DNA of 64,000 bases from an uncultured Planctomycetota bacterium (GTDB lineage: Bacteria > Planctomycetota > PLA2 > JAEUHO01), in NCBI GenBank assembly GCA_963752285.1, contig CAVVXN010000005.1:832001-896000 (forward strand). The letters run 5' to 3'. The first letter of the stretch is position 1, and every line of letters starts with the position of its first letter. The notes under the pieces are model-generated. The model had not been told where the DNA came from. It worked only from the letters and a program-made list of their open reading frames with translations, and searched no databases. Of this stretch, positions 38,827-48,707 are shown one piece after another. The position numbers and the translations under genes were made by a program.

Positions 38827-40464
38827 TCAGTACGTGCGGTACGCCGCCTGGAGCGCGAGCAGGACGAGCGCCGTGTCCCCCACCGGATCGCCGTCGCGCA
38901 CGACCCCCACCGACGTCAGCCGGCGGGCGAGACGACGGTCGAGGTCCCGGCTCCAGGCGCGGAACGCGGCGGGCGCCTCGCGCACGAGGCCCGCGCCCGT
39001 GGTCGCCAGGACGAAGGGCTCCGCGTCGATCGAGACGCCGGTCTCGGCGACGCGCGCGGCACGGCTCCGGACCGCGGCGCGGACGCGCTCGCCGAGCTGT
39101 CGCGTGAGGAGGAGGCTCGCGGCGTCGTCCATCGGGGTGGCGCGATCCGTGCGCTCGAACCAGGCCGCGAACCGTTCCGCCACGGACGCCGGCGGGAGCA
39201 CGGCCCCCGTTCGCGCCGCGGCCTCGAGTCCCCACATCGGCCAGATCGCGCGGCGCAGGTCGTTCTCCGCGCCGGCGAAGCTCCCGTCGTCGCGTTGGCT
39301 CCCGACGACGCGGCCGGTCAGCGCCGCGATCTCGGTCGCGCGCGTGCTCGCCTCATGCGGGGTGAGCCGGCCGTACGAGAGCATGTAGTCCTCGGACAGC
39401 GCCTTCAGGGCGATGCCGAGCTCGAACGCCGGCGCCTTCGCGAGCTCGCCCTCGCCCGCCGCGAGACGCGCGCGGATCCACGCGACGCCCGTCGCGACGA
39501 CCGCCTGGTCGGCGCCCGTTCGCGACCCGTTCCCGTCACCGAGGAAGGGCAGGAGCGCGAGCGCGGTCTCGCCCAGGTCGGTCCGGTCGCCCGCGCCGGC
39601 GAAGGCGCCGCCGGGCCGCTGCCGCAGGCGCAGGGCGGCGAGGCCGCGGTGGACGGTTTCGAGCGTGTGGTCCGCGTCGAGCCCGAGGCCCTCCAGGCGG
39701 ACGCGCTTCCGCGCGGTCTCGATCCGGTCGAGCATCGGTCCCACGACCCCGCGCGGGTGGTCGTACTGGTGCTCCTCGAGCGGAGACAGGCTCTCGGGCG
39801 ACCGCTCCGCGGGACCCGTCGGCGCCGGCTTCGGCGCGAGCGGTTCGGGGAAGCCCTCGCCCGGCTGCGGGAGCCAGGGCGATCCGACGGGCTCGCCCAG
39901 GGGCTCGTCGGCCGCGGGACCGAGCCCCTCGACCGGCGGGGGCGCCCAGGCGACGACCCGTCCCGACGAGGTGCCGACCGGACGCTTCGTGATCGCGAAG
40001 ACGACGAGCGCGAGGACCACGAGGTGTGCGAGGGCCGAGAGGGCGATGACGCGCGCCCACACGAGCCGCCGCCGGGAGGCGGCTTCGCGGGCGCCGCGGG
40101 CCTCGCGCGCCTCCTCCCGCCCCACCTCGGCGCGGACGAAGGCGGAGAGGCGCCGGGCGACCTCGGGATCGGGCCGGGCCGCGTGCGCCTCGCGCAGGCG
40201 GTCGAGGAGGCGGGTCGTCCGCCCCGACTCGGCCTGCAGGTCCCGGCCCTCGGCGCGGGCCCAGGCCGCCAGCCGCGCGAGCCCCGTGGCGTCGATCTCG
40301 CCACGGGCGCGGTCCACGAGGAGCCCCTCGATCTCGGGGTCCGGGACGGCGTCGGGGCGGGGGGTCGGGGCGGGCTTCACGGGGCCTTCTCCCGAGGCGG
40401 CTCGGGCGGGTGGACGGCGGGCGGGGTCGGGGTCCTCCAAGGGGAAACGGGCGGGGCGGCTCAC
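38827..40464 (-). CDS. Anti-sigma-like membrane protein with extracytoplasmic prenyltransferase/squalene-cyclase-like domain
   Basis: N-terminal anti-sigma-like helix (LLVDRARGEID), one TM; QRPGGAF and QRDDGSF repeats; TALALLPFLG and TALVLLAL motifs; GTGA overlap with the sigma gene. Confidence 0.75.
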   Translation of the reverse strand: MSRPARFPLEDPDPARRPPARAASGEGPVKPAPTPRPDAVPDPEIEGLLVDRARGEIDATGLARLAAWARAEGRDLQAESGRTTRLLDRLREAHAARPDPEVARRLSAFVRAEVGREEAREARGAREAASRRRLVWARVIALSALAHLVVLALVVFAITKRPVGTSSGRVVAWAPPPVEGLGPAADEPLGEPVGSPWLPQPGEGFPEPLAPKPAPTGPAERSPESLSPLEEHQYDHPRGVVGPMLDRIETARKRVRLEGLGLDADHTLETVHRGLAALRLRQRPGGAFAGAGDRTDLGETALALLPFLGDGNGSRTGADQAVVATGVAWIRARLAAGEGELAKAPAFELGIALKALSEDYMLSYGRLTPHEASTRATEIAALTGRVVGSQRDDGSFAGAENDLRRAIWPMWGLEAAARTGAVLPPASVAERFAAWFERTDRATPMDDAASLLLTRQLGERVRAAVRSRAARVAETGVSIDAEPFVLATTGAGLVREAPAAFRAWSRDLDRRLARRLTSVGVVRDGDPVGDTALVLLALQAAYRTY

Positions 40465-41042
40465 GGTTCGAACCCCGCGCGCTGGAGAGCCTCCCTCAGG
40501 AGTCGTACGGCCGCGTGGACCCGGGACTTCACCGTGCCCACGGGGATGCCCAGGATGCCCGCGATGTCCTGGTAGCGCAGTCCCTCGACCTGGGTCAGGA
40601 CGAAGACCTCGCGCTGCTCGTCCGAGAGGACGGCCATCGCCCGGTCGAGCGCCTCGCGGAGCTCGCCGAGGTCGAGACCCCGTTCGGGCGGGTCCGGTCC
40701 CGCTTCGAGGTCGGGGGCGCGCCCCGCCTCGGATCCCGCGACCGGCGCGTCGGCCGAGACCGTGGGCGGACCGGCCCGACGGTGGCGGACCACGTCGATC
40801 CAGTGGTTTCGCGCCACGTGGAAGAGGTACGTGACGAAGCGCGCCTCGGCGCGGTAGCGCTCGCGTACGCGATAGATGCGCAGCAGGACGTCCTGCGCGC
40901 AGTCCTCGGCCGTGGCGGGGTCGGCTCCGAGCCGGCGGAAGAACCCGAGGAGCCGGGGCAGCACGCGCTCGACGAGCGGCGTGAAGGCCGCGACGTCGCC
41001 CTGGGCGACACGCGACATCAGCTCGGTCTCCTCGTCGATCAA
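40461..41042 (-). CDS. ECF RNA polymerase sigma-70 factor
   Basis: AEDCAQDVLL, YLFHVARN and LRYQDIAGILGIPVGTVKSRVHAA motifs. Confidence 0.94.
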   Translation of the reverse strand: MIDEETELMSRVAQGDVAAFTPLVERVLPRLLGFFRRLGADPATAEDCAQDVLLRIYRVRERYRAEARFVTYLFHVARNHWIDVVRHRRAGPPTVSADAPVAGSEAGRAPDLEAGPDPPERGLDLGELREALDRAMAVLSDEQREVFVLTQVEGLRYQDIAGILGIPVGTVKSRVHAAVRLLREALQRAGFEP

Positions 41043-41119
41043 GGCCCGCTCCCCACCGTTCGCGATGCGGAGGATACGGTGCCGGCTCTCGAACCCAGTC
41101 GCTCTGCGGCGCGCCTGGG

Positions 41120-44100
41120 TCAGCGACCCGCGGTCGGCGAGAGCGTCGCCTGGACGTCGGTCGTGCGGCCGCCCTCGATCACGACCTCCGCCTCGAGCGG
41201 CGCGTACGAGGGGCCGGCGTCCACGCGCACGAGGTAGGCGCCCGGCGCGAGGTCGTCCACGACGAGCGCGCCGGTGGACGGGAGCCGTCCCCCGAAGGCG
41301 GAGAGGCGGACCGGCTCGAGCCGCGCCCGACGCTCCACCGGCTCCCCGCTCACGGCGCGGACGACGTCCACGCGCGCACGTGGCAGGGGATCCCGCCCCG
41401 TCCCGCGCACGACGAGTCGGAGCGCGCCCGCCATGGGCAGGCGGATCTGGGCGGTGGTGGTCTGCCCCTCGACCACGCGGACGAGCGCGGGCGGAGGACG
41501 ACCGAAGCCCGCGGCCTCGACGCGCAGGCGGTGCGGACCCGTCGGCACGCCTCGGATCTCCAGCCGGCCCGTCGGGGGCGTGGCGTAGGCCACCGCGTTC
41601 AGCGCCCGACCCACCTCGTCCTCGATCCACACGCGCGCGCCACCGACGGGGCGTCCGTCCGTGTCGGTCACCAACGCCACGAGGACGCCGCCGGCGCCCA
41701 GCACGATCTCGACGTCCTGCTCGGCGCCCGCCTCCCGCGCGACGGCGGCCACGACGGGGCCGGGGCCGAGGCCGGGCGCGTACGCCGTGAGCTCGTACGG
41801 GCCGACCGGCAGGCCGGGGATCAGGAACGCGCCCTCGGGGTCCGTGACCCCGCGCGCGCCCGCCACCTCGCCGGTCCCGCCGCGAGGCGACGCGACGACG
41901 GTCGCTCCCGACACGCCGCGGCCCGAGGGCAGCACCACGCGCCCTCGCACCCGCCCGCCCCACACCTCGAGGTCGAGCGAGAGCCGGTCCATTTCCCGCA
42001 CGAAGACCGGGTGGCGGCGGCGGACGACCCCGTCGAGCACCTCCACCTCGTAGGCGCCCTCGGGCAGCTCGTCGAACGCGAACGCGCCGCTGCCGTCCGT
42101 CGCGACCTCGAGCTGGAACGGCGTCTCGTCCGCGTGGGCGGGGACCGACACGAGCCCGACGCGCGCGTCGGGCACCGCGCGGCCGTCCCTCGTCACGTGA
42201 CCTCCCACCTCGCCGCGCCCGTCCGGCTGCAGGTCGAGGTGGACCGTTCCCTCGGCCGGCACGTCCACGAGCGCCGTCACGTCGCGTACGACGTCGAATC
42301 CCTCGAGCGTCGCGCGCCACGGTCCCGCGGACACGTGCTCGATCGTGAACCGTCCCTCCGCGTCGGTGGTCGCCTCGCGCGCGTCCGGTCCCTCGTCCAC
42401 GGGCTCGAGCACGACGCGCGCGCCGTCGAGCCCGGCGCCGGTCTTCGCCACGACGCGGCCGTCCAGCGTCGCGCCGCCACCGAGGACGACGTCGGGCACG
42501 ACGATCGTCTCGCCCTCGCCCACGCGCACGAACGACGTCCAGGTCGCACGGTCCCGGGCCCGTACCTCGACCCGCCAGCCTCCTGGCGCGATCTCGTCGA
42601 ACGCGAACCCGCCCTCCGCGCCCGTCGTCACCTCCACCTCGCCGTCGGGCCCGCCCGCCGCGTCCCCCTTCGCCCGCAGCCGGACGAGGCGGACGCCGGC
42701 GCCGAGGTACGGCGCGCCGGTCGGGTAGAGCACCGTCCCCACGACGCGCCCGCCCGCCGCGGGCAGCGTGAGGACCAGCCCGTCCACGTCGCTCTCGTCC
42801 ACCCGCGCGGGCACGGGGCCGGAGTCCACGAGACCGCGGACGAGGCGCACGGCGTACGGTCCCGGAGGGAGGTCGTCGAACGCGAACGAGGGGTTCGGCT
42901 CGCTCGTGGGGAGCGGACGGTCGTCCACCACCTCCCAGTGCCACGACCCGTCCTCGGGGTCGGGGAGCGCGGCCTCGAGCGTCACGTGCGCAGCGGGCAG
43001 GCCGAGCGCGAGATCCTCCGCCCGACCGTGCACGTGGCGCCGCGGCGGGACCACGATCGAGAGCGCTTCGGTCTCGCCCGGCACCGCGCCCGCGTACGCG
43101 GGCGACGGCACGGGCGTGCGCGCGCCGGGGTCCCAGAGCGAGAGGTCGGTCGGCACCGCGGGCAGGCCCACGAGCCGGAACGCGCCGGCGTCGTCGGTCC
43201 GTGCGGTCGCCTGGCCCTTCGCGCCGCGCGCGTGCGCCTCGACCACCCAGCCCCGCGCGGGCTTCCCTCCCTCGAACACGACGGTGCCGTCGAGCGTCGG
43301 CGCCGGCCGCATCTCGGGCCGCCACACCGTCCCCGAGCCCGAGCGGGGCCACACGACCAGGTCCTCGACGGACGCCCAGTCGCCGCCGCCCGCGACGACC
43401 TTCACGTCGAAGGGCGGCAGGTCCACGAGGGAGAGCCGGCCCTCCGCGTCCGTGACGCCCTTCGGCGCCCGGCCGAGCACGCGGTCCGACGGGCGCGACA
43501 CGGGGATCGCGGTCACCTGGACGCCGCGCGCCGGCTTCCCGCTCGAGACGTGCGCCTCTACCTCGAGCGTCCATCCGCGAGCGAGCTGGATCGGGGGCAC
43601 GTCAGTCGCATGCCCGCGCAACACGTCGAACGGGGGCGTGACCGCCGAGGCGTAGCCGTCGGCTTTCACCTCGACGCGCCACGCGAGGTCGGGCCGCACG
43701 GGCGCGAGCGTGAAGCGGCCCTCGGCGTCCGTCTTGCCGACCGGCTCGGGCGGCGCGCCGTCCGGCGGGAGCGGCTGCGACGCGGCGACGAGGGCGCGCA
43801 CGCGCGCCCCCGCGACCGGGCGCTCGTCGGGCCCCATCACCCTCCCCGAGACGCTCGTCGTCCGGATGCCGTACCAGGCGTGGAGCTCCACGTCCCGGCC
43901 CGCCTCGACCTCGAAGCGCTCGGGCGCAGGGTCGAAGAACCAGTCGGGTTCCGCCGGCCGCGCCTCCCAGACGCCGGCCGGAAGGTCGTCCGCCTCGAGG
44001 AAGCCCCGGTCGTCGGTCGTCCGCGTGGGTCCCTCTCCCGGAGGCGCGCTGCCGCCGGGGAGCAGGGACAGGGTCACGCGTCGTCCGGGCCACCCGGGTC

Positions 44101-44725
44101 CGCCGCTCGCGGCGGCGTCCAGGAGCTGGACCTGGACGTGCCCGCCGGACCCGAGCGTGGCGGAGACGTCGCCGCCCGTTGTGAAGGTGCCGAGCCCCTG
44201 CCAGCGCCCGTCGCCCCGCAGGAGCCAGACGCGCCAGGAGCCCGGCGCGACGGACGGGATCGAGAACCGGCCGTCGGCGTCGGTCTCGGCCCGGTGCGCC
44301 ACGCCACCGCGGAGGACGGGGCTCGCCACGACGTCTCGCTTCGCCGCGGGTGCGCCCGTGGCGTACCGGACGCGACCCGAGAGCTCGGCGGCCGCGGGCA
44401 GACGGAGGCCCACGACGGACGGCTCCGACGGCCACGCGCTCGCGCCGAGGTCGGGGCGCCAGAGGATCACGTCCGCCGTCCCGTCGGCGGCCTCCTCCGG
44501 GGGCGCGAGGAGACCCCGATCGAGCGCGACCTCGCGACCCACGGACTCCGGCGCGAGGAGCGGCCGGCCCTCGAAACGCTCCTCGGCGCGCGTGACGAGC
44601 ACCCGGTCGAGGGGGCGCCCCGCGGGACCGAGGACGAGGAGCGTTCCCGCCCCGTCGTCTGCACGCGCGGCGACCGCGAGGAGCCAGGCCAGCACGAGGA
44701 CGGGGATCGCCCTCGGGATCCTCAC
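41120..44725 (-). CDS. Large exported protein with about 10-12 carboxypeptidase-regulatory-like (Ig-like) repeats
   Basis: Signal peptide; recurring G.V..P..GA.V...TD.EG.F....L..G.W/Y units. Confidence 0.85.
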   Translation of the reverse strand: MRIPRAIPVLVLAWLLAVAARADDGAGTLLVLGPAGRPLDRVLVTRAEERFEGRPLLAPESVGREVALDRGLLAPPEEAADGTADVILWRPDLGASAWPSEPSVVGLRLPAAAELSGRVRYATGAPAAKRDVVASPVLRGGVAHRAETDADGRFSIPSVAPGSWRVWLLRGDGRWQGLGTFTTGGDVSATLGSGGHVQVQLLDAAASGGPGWPGRRVTLSLLPGGSAPPGEGPTRTTDDRGFLEADDLPAGVWEARPAEPDWFFDPAPERFEVEAGRDVELHAWYGIRTTSVSGRVMGPDERPVAGARVRALVAASQPLPPDGAPPEPVGKTDAEGRFTLAPVRPDLAWRVEVKADGYASAVTPPFDVLRGHATDVPPIQLARGWTLEVEAHVSSGKPARGVQVTAIPVSRPSDRVLGRAPKGVTDAEGRLSLVDLPPFDVKVVAGGGDWASVEDLVVWPRSGSGTVWRPEMRPAPTLDGTVVFEGGKPARGWVVEAHARGAKGQATARTDDAGAFRLVGLPAVPTDLSLWDPGARTPVPSPAYAGAVPGETEALSIVVPPRRHVHGRAEDLALGLPAAHVTLEAALPDPEDGSWHWEVVDDRPLPTSEPNPSFAFDDLPPGPYAVRLVRGLVDSGPVPARVDESDVDGLVLTLPAAGGRVVGTVLYPTGAPYLGAGVRLVRLRAKGDAAGGPDGEVEVTTGAEGGFAFDEIAPGGWRVEVRARDRATWTSFVRVGEGETIVVPDVVLGGGATLDGRVVAKTGAGLDGARVVLEPVDEGPDAREATTDAEGRFTIEHVSAGPWRATLEGFDVVRDVTALVDVPAEGTVHLDLQPDGRGEVGGHVTRDGRAVPDARVGLVSVPAHADETPFQLEVATDGSGAFAFDELPEGAYEVEVLDGVVRRRHPVFVREMDRLSLDLEVWGGRVRGRVVLPSGRGVSGATVVASPRGGTGEVAGARGVTDPEGAFLIPGLPVGPYELTAYAPGLGPGPVVAAVAREAGAEQDVEIVLGAGGVLVALVTDTDGRPVGGARVWIEDEVGRALNAVAYATPPTGRLEIRGVPTGPHRLRVEAAGFGRPPPALVRVVEGQTTTAQIRLPMAGALRLVVRGTGRDPLPRARVDVVRAVSGEPVERRARLEPVRLSAFGGRLPSTGALVVDDLAPGAYLVRVDAGPSYAPLEAEVVIEGGRTTDVQATLSPTAGR

Positions 44726-46239
44726 GCCGCGCGCTCCCCGTCGTACGCGTCGCGCCACGCGGCGAGCGCCTCGCGCGACCGGGGGCCGCGGGCGCGCACG
44801 GCGAGGCGCCGCGGGAACGGCGGGACGTCCCCCGGCTCGCCGCCTTCCGGCGTCGGGCAGGTCGTGTCCGCCTCGACCTCGATCACCACGTCGATGCGGT
44901 CCTCCGGCAAGGCGTCCTCCACGCGTCCCCCCCATTCGACGCACGCGAGGCGCCCCTTCCCGCAGCAATCCTCGAACCCCGCGTTCTCGAGGTCGTCGGC
45001 TCCGTCCAACCGGTACGCGTCCACGTGGTTCAGGGTGTACGACCTGCCGGGAGCGTCGTACGACCGCACGATCGTGAACGTGGGGCTCACGACCGGGACC
45101 TCGGGCGGGACCCCGAGCCCTTCGGCGACGCCCTTCACGAGCACGGTCTTGCCAGCGCCGAGCTCGCCCTCGAGCGACACCACGAGGCCCTCGGCCGCCA
45201 CGCGCGGGGCAACCCGACCGAGCGCGCGGCCGAGGGCCCGGGTCGCCTCGGGGGTTTGCGCGACGAGCGACCACGCCCGATCGTCCCGCCGCCCCGCGGG
45301 CCGGGCGAAGTGGTCGTAGCCCTCGGCCACGAGCGGCAGCGCGGCCGATCCCATCACGAGGCGGATGCCCGAGGCCGCCGGGACGACCTCGCCGACGTCG
45401 AAGAGGCGTACGCCGTCCGCGGCGAGCGCCGCGCGCGTCGCCTGGTCGAGCGGCGCGTGCGCGAGCAGCAGCTCGAAGTCCTCGCCGTCGTGGAGCGCGT
45501 GCTCGAGGGGCGAGCGGCCCCCGCCGGCGCGACGGGCGTCCTTGTGGACGGGCACGCGCGCCGCCATCACGCGAGCGCCGACGCCCGACGCTCGGCACAG
45601 GCGCGGCAGGTCGCGGGAGAGGCCGTCCGAGAGGTCCATCATCGCGTGGGGCACGCCGAGCCGCGCGAGCGCGCGCGCCGCGTCCAGTCGGGGAAACGGC
45701 GCGAGGTGACGTCCGAGGAGCGAGCCGCCCAGGGGCCCGGTGACACTCAGCCGGTCGCCGGCGCGCGCGCCCGCGCGCGTGACGACGCCCGTCGGCGCCG
45801 CGCGGCCGAACGCGGTGACCGCCAAGACGAGCGGCCCCTCGCCGACGTTCGTGTCGCCGCCCGCGAGTGGGCAGTCCCAGGCCCGCGCGGCCTCGGTGAA
45901 CCCGTCCGCGAGGGCCTCGAGGATGCGCGGGTCCTCGTGTCGCGGCAGCACGACGCCGACCTCGAACGCGAGGGGCGACGCGGCGGCGGCGGCGAGGTCG
46001 CTCAGATTGACGAGCAGCGCCTTTCGCGCGGCGGCCGCCGCGCCGTCGCGCGCGAGGTCGAAGTGGACGCCGTCCACGAGCACGTCCGTCGTGACGACGA
46101 CGAGCGCGCCGTCCACGAAAAACGCCGCGCAGTCGTGACCCGGCCCCACCGCGAGCCGCCCCGGCACGTCCGCCCCGCGCGTGCGTTCGAGCACGCGAAG
46201 GACCCAGTGGTCCTCGTCCTCGGCCGGTCGAAGCGTCAT
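44722..46239 (-). CDS. thiL-tsaE: Fused thiamine-monophosphate kinase ThiL / t6A biosynthesis ATPase TsaE
   Basis: ThiL motifs (GHDCA, TDVLVDGVHF, NLSDLAA, GGDTN, MDLSDGL, GEDFELL, GYDHF) continue in frame into TsaE motifs (GELGAGKT, SPTFTI, HVDAYRL, VEW). Confidence 0.92.
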   Translation of the reverse strand: MTLRPAEDEDHWVLRVLERTRGADVPGRLAVGPGHDCAAFFVDGALVVVTTDVLVDGVHFDLARDGAAAAARKALLVNLSDLAAAAASPLAFEVGVVLPRHEDPRILEALADGFTEAARAWDCPLAGGDTNVGEGPLVLAVTAFGRAAPTGVVTRAGARAGDRLSVTGPLGGSLLGRHLAPFPRLDAARALARLGVPHAMMDLSDGLSRDLPRLCRASGVGARVMAARVPVHKDARRAGGGRSPLEHALHDGEDFELLLAHAPLDQATRAALAADGVRLFDVGEVVPAASGIRLVMGSAALPLVAEGYDHFARPAGRRDDRAWSLVAQTPEATRALGRALGRVAPRVAAEGLVVSLEGELGAGKTVLVKGVAEGLGVPPEVPVVSPTFTIVRSYDAPGRSYTLNHVDAYRLDGADDLENAGFEDCCGKGRLACVEWGGRVEDALPEDRIDVVIEVEADTTCPTPEGGEPGDVPPFPRRLAVRARGPRSREALAAWRDAYDGERAA

Positions 46240-48707
46240 CGCCGGGGGATTATCGTCGAGCCCGACTCCCCGCGTCGCGTGAAGAGGCCGAGCCGGCCGA
46301 CGAGGCGTTCCACGTCCGCGCGGGGCATGCCCGGCCAGTAGCCGGGATCCCAGCCCGTGTGGCGGCGGACGAGGCCGAAGAGGCGGGCGAACGCCGCGGC
46401 GCGGGGCTGGGCACGCCGGAGCTCTCCCTCGAGCGCCCGCCGCGCGGCGGGCAGCGCGTCTTCTGCGTCGAGGCCCGCGAGCGCCCGCTCCGCCGCGGCG
46501 CCGACGCTCGGGTCGGGATCGTCGAGCGCGGCCACCAGCACGTCCGCGAGCTCCGCGCGTCCCGCGACGAGCGGACCGAGCGTCTCGACGGCGGTCCGGC
46601 GGACCGCCGGCTCCGGGTCGGACCGGACGAACGGCACGATCAGGTCGGCGGCGTACATGCCGTGCGCCACCGGCGTGGCGGCGACCGCGGCCTGCCGGAC
46701 CGCCCAGGCCGGGTCCTGGAGCGCCACGGAGAGGACCGCGCGGTACCCGAGGCGCCCCGCGGCCGAGGCCGCGGACCGCCGGAGAAGCAACGCCGGGTCC
46801 TCGAGCGCGTGTGCGACGAGCTCGGGCGTGGCCTGTCCCGCCTCGACCACCTCGGCGAACGCGGCGCGCCGCGTGGCGTACGTCTCGCTCCGGAGTCGCA
46901 ACAGCAGGTCGCCCCGGTCGTCGAGCCACGCGGCGTCCAGGCCGAAGCGGAGGCTCGTCCACAGCGTCTCGCCGCCCGCCCGCGCGGTCGCCGCGTCCGC
47001 GAGCCCCTTCGTCCAGAGGCGCAGCACCGCGTAGGAGATCTCTCCGAGGAGCGCGTCGAGGTCGGGCGCGACGCGGTCCGCGTCGTCGTTCCACGCGGGC
47101 GCGAGGAGCGCGACCACGCGCCCCGGCTCGGCCGTGCGGGCGAGGAGGCGGAGCGCCTCCGGCCGCGAGGGCACGCGGCCCTCCGCGAGCGCCCCGGCGA
47201 GCGAGCGCGCCGCGGCGGTGCCGCCGTCCTCGACGTCCCTGGCGGTCGCCGGACCGGGCGCGGCGACCCAGGCGCCGACGCGGTGCTCGTTGACCTCGAG
47301 CGCGCGGGCGTCCGGCGTCTCCTCCGCCTCCGCCACGCGCCGCGCCACGTTCTCGAGCTCCGGCGCAGAGGCCCGCTCGCCGAGCGCGTGGAGGAGCCGG
47401 CGCGCCGCGCCCGCGCGGCCGTCGTTCAGGAGCGCCGCGAGGCGCCGGCGGGCCTCCATCACGTCCAGGCCCTCGGCGACCGGCCCGGCGGTCGGACGGA
47501 GCGCCGCCGCGGCGCGCGGATAGTCCCGCTCGAAGCGTTCCTCGAGCGTCGCTGCCCGCGCCACGTCGCCGCCGGGGCGGTCCTCCTCGCGAATCGAGAG
47601 CGCCAGCGCGGCCGCGGGGTCGTCGAGGCGCGCCGCGGCCCCCTCGGCGAGCTCCGACAGGAGGCGGCGCGCCCGCTCGTGGTCGCCCGCGTCCGAGGCG
47701 GCGCGCGCGCGGAGCACGCGGACCTCGTCGGCGATCTCGCCGGGGACCGGATCGGGCAGCGCCGACTCGAGCCCCGCGCCCCCCGCCTCGGACGCCGCCC
47801 GCCGCGCCTCAGCGAGCGCGCGCCACGGCGCGAGGTCGATGGCGGACAGGCGCCGCGCGAGCGCCGCGCGGCCCGCCTCGATCCACGAGCCACCGGGCTC
47901 GTGGAGCCGTCGGGCGAGGAGCGCGTCGGGGTCGTCGCCCTCGCTCGCGAACGCGAAGAAGGTGCGCATCGCGACGGGGTCGCCCTCGTCCACCAGTGCC
48001 AGCACGGCGGCCAGGCCCGTCGCCGCGGCGGCCTCGGGCTTGGCCTCGTCCACGAGCGCCGCGTCGTCTCCCTCCCCCACGGTTCGACGGGCGAGCGCGA
48101 GGACCTCCTGGTCCACGGAGCCCGCGGCCGCGAGGCGCGCCGCCCGGACGAGCCACGGGGGTGTGGGCGCCTCGACCGGGCCGCGCGGCTCGAAGACGGC
48201 CGCCGCGAGCGCTTCGAGGAGCGTTCGGTCCGCGTCGCGGCGCCCCGACGCGATCCCCTCGAGGTTCACGGTCACCTTCGCGACGCGGCGTCCGCCCTCG
48301 ATCGCGACGTCCACCAGGAACGGACGCGCCTCGTCGCCGAGCGAGCCGAGCACCACGCGGGGCGCCGAGCCCTCTCGGAACCGGAGGCCCGTGACCAGCG
48401 CCAGCCGGTCCGTCGCGCGCGACACGTGATCGGGCCACGTCGAGACGAGGTCCGCGACGCGCTCGTCGCCGGCGTACGGGCCCGGCACGACCTCCGCCCG
48501 CGCGACGGCCACGGGCTCCGCCGGCGCGGCCGCGTCGGGCACCGGGGCGCCGGCGGCCCTCGCGTCCGACGCCCGGGGCGCCAGCGGACCGCGACACGCG
48601 GCGACCAGGAGCGCCGCCCCGAGCACGTGGAGACCGCGGGGAGATCGGCTGCGCTCGGGGTCCGGGGTGGGCCGCACGGAGGGGCGATCTTCGCCCGGGG
48701 GGTTCAT
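46236..48707 (-). CDS. Putative lipoprotein with C-terminal HEAT repeats
   Basis: Lipobox-like VAAC; repeated L.DP...VR..A HEAT units. Confidence 0.7.
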   Translation of the reverse strand: MNPPGEDRPSVRPTPDPERSRSPRGLHVLGAALLVAACRGPLAPRASDARAAGAPVPDAAAPAEPVAVARAEVVPGPYAGDERVADLVSTWPDHVSRATDRLALVTGLRFREGSAPRVVLGSLGDEARPFLVDVAIEGGRRVAKVTVNLEGIASGRRDADRTLLEALAAAVFEPRGPVEAPTPPWLVRAARLAAAGSVDQEVLALARRTVGEGDDAALVDEAKPEAAAATGLAAVLALVDEGDPVAMRTFFAFASEGDDPDALLARRLHEPGGSWIEAGRAALARRLSAIDLAPWRALAEARRAASEAGGAGLESALPDPVPGEIADEVRVLRARAASDAGDHERARRLLSELAEGAAARLDDPAAALALSIREEDRPGGDVARAATLEERFERDYPRAAAALRPTAGPVAEGLDVMEARRRLAALLNDGRAGAARRLLHALGERASAPELENVARRVAEAEETPDARALEVNEHRVGAWVAAPGPATARDVEDGGTAAARSLAGALAEGRVPSRPEALRLLARTAEPGRVVALLAPAWNDDADRVAPDLDALLGEISYAVLRLWTKGLADAATARAGGETLWTSLRFGLDAAWLDDRGDLLLRLRSETYATRRAAFAEVVEAGQATPELVAHALEDPALLLRRSAASAAGRLGYRAVLSVALQDPAWAVRQAAVAATPVAHGMYAADLIVPFVRSDPEPAVRRTAVETLGPLVAGRAELADVLVAALDDPDPSVGAAAERALAGLDAEDALPAARRALEGELRRAQPRAAAFARLFGLVRRHTGWDPGYWPGMPRADVERLVGRLGLFTRRGESGSTIIPRR

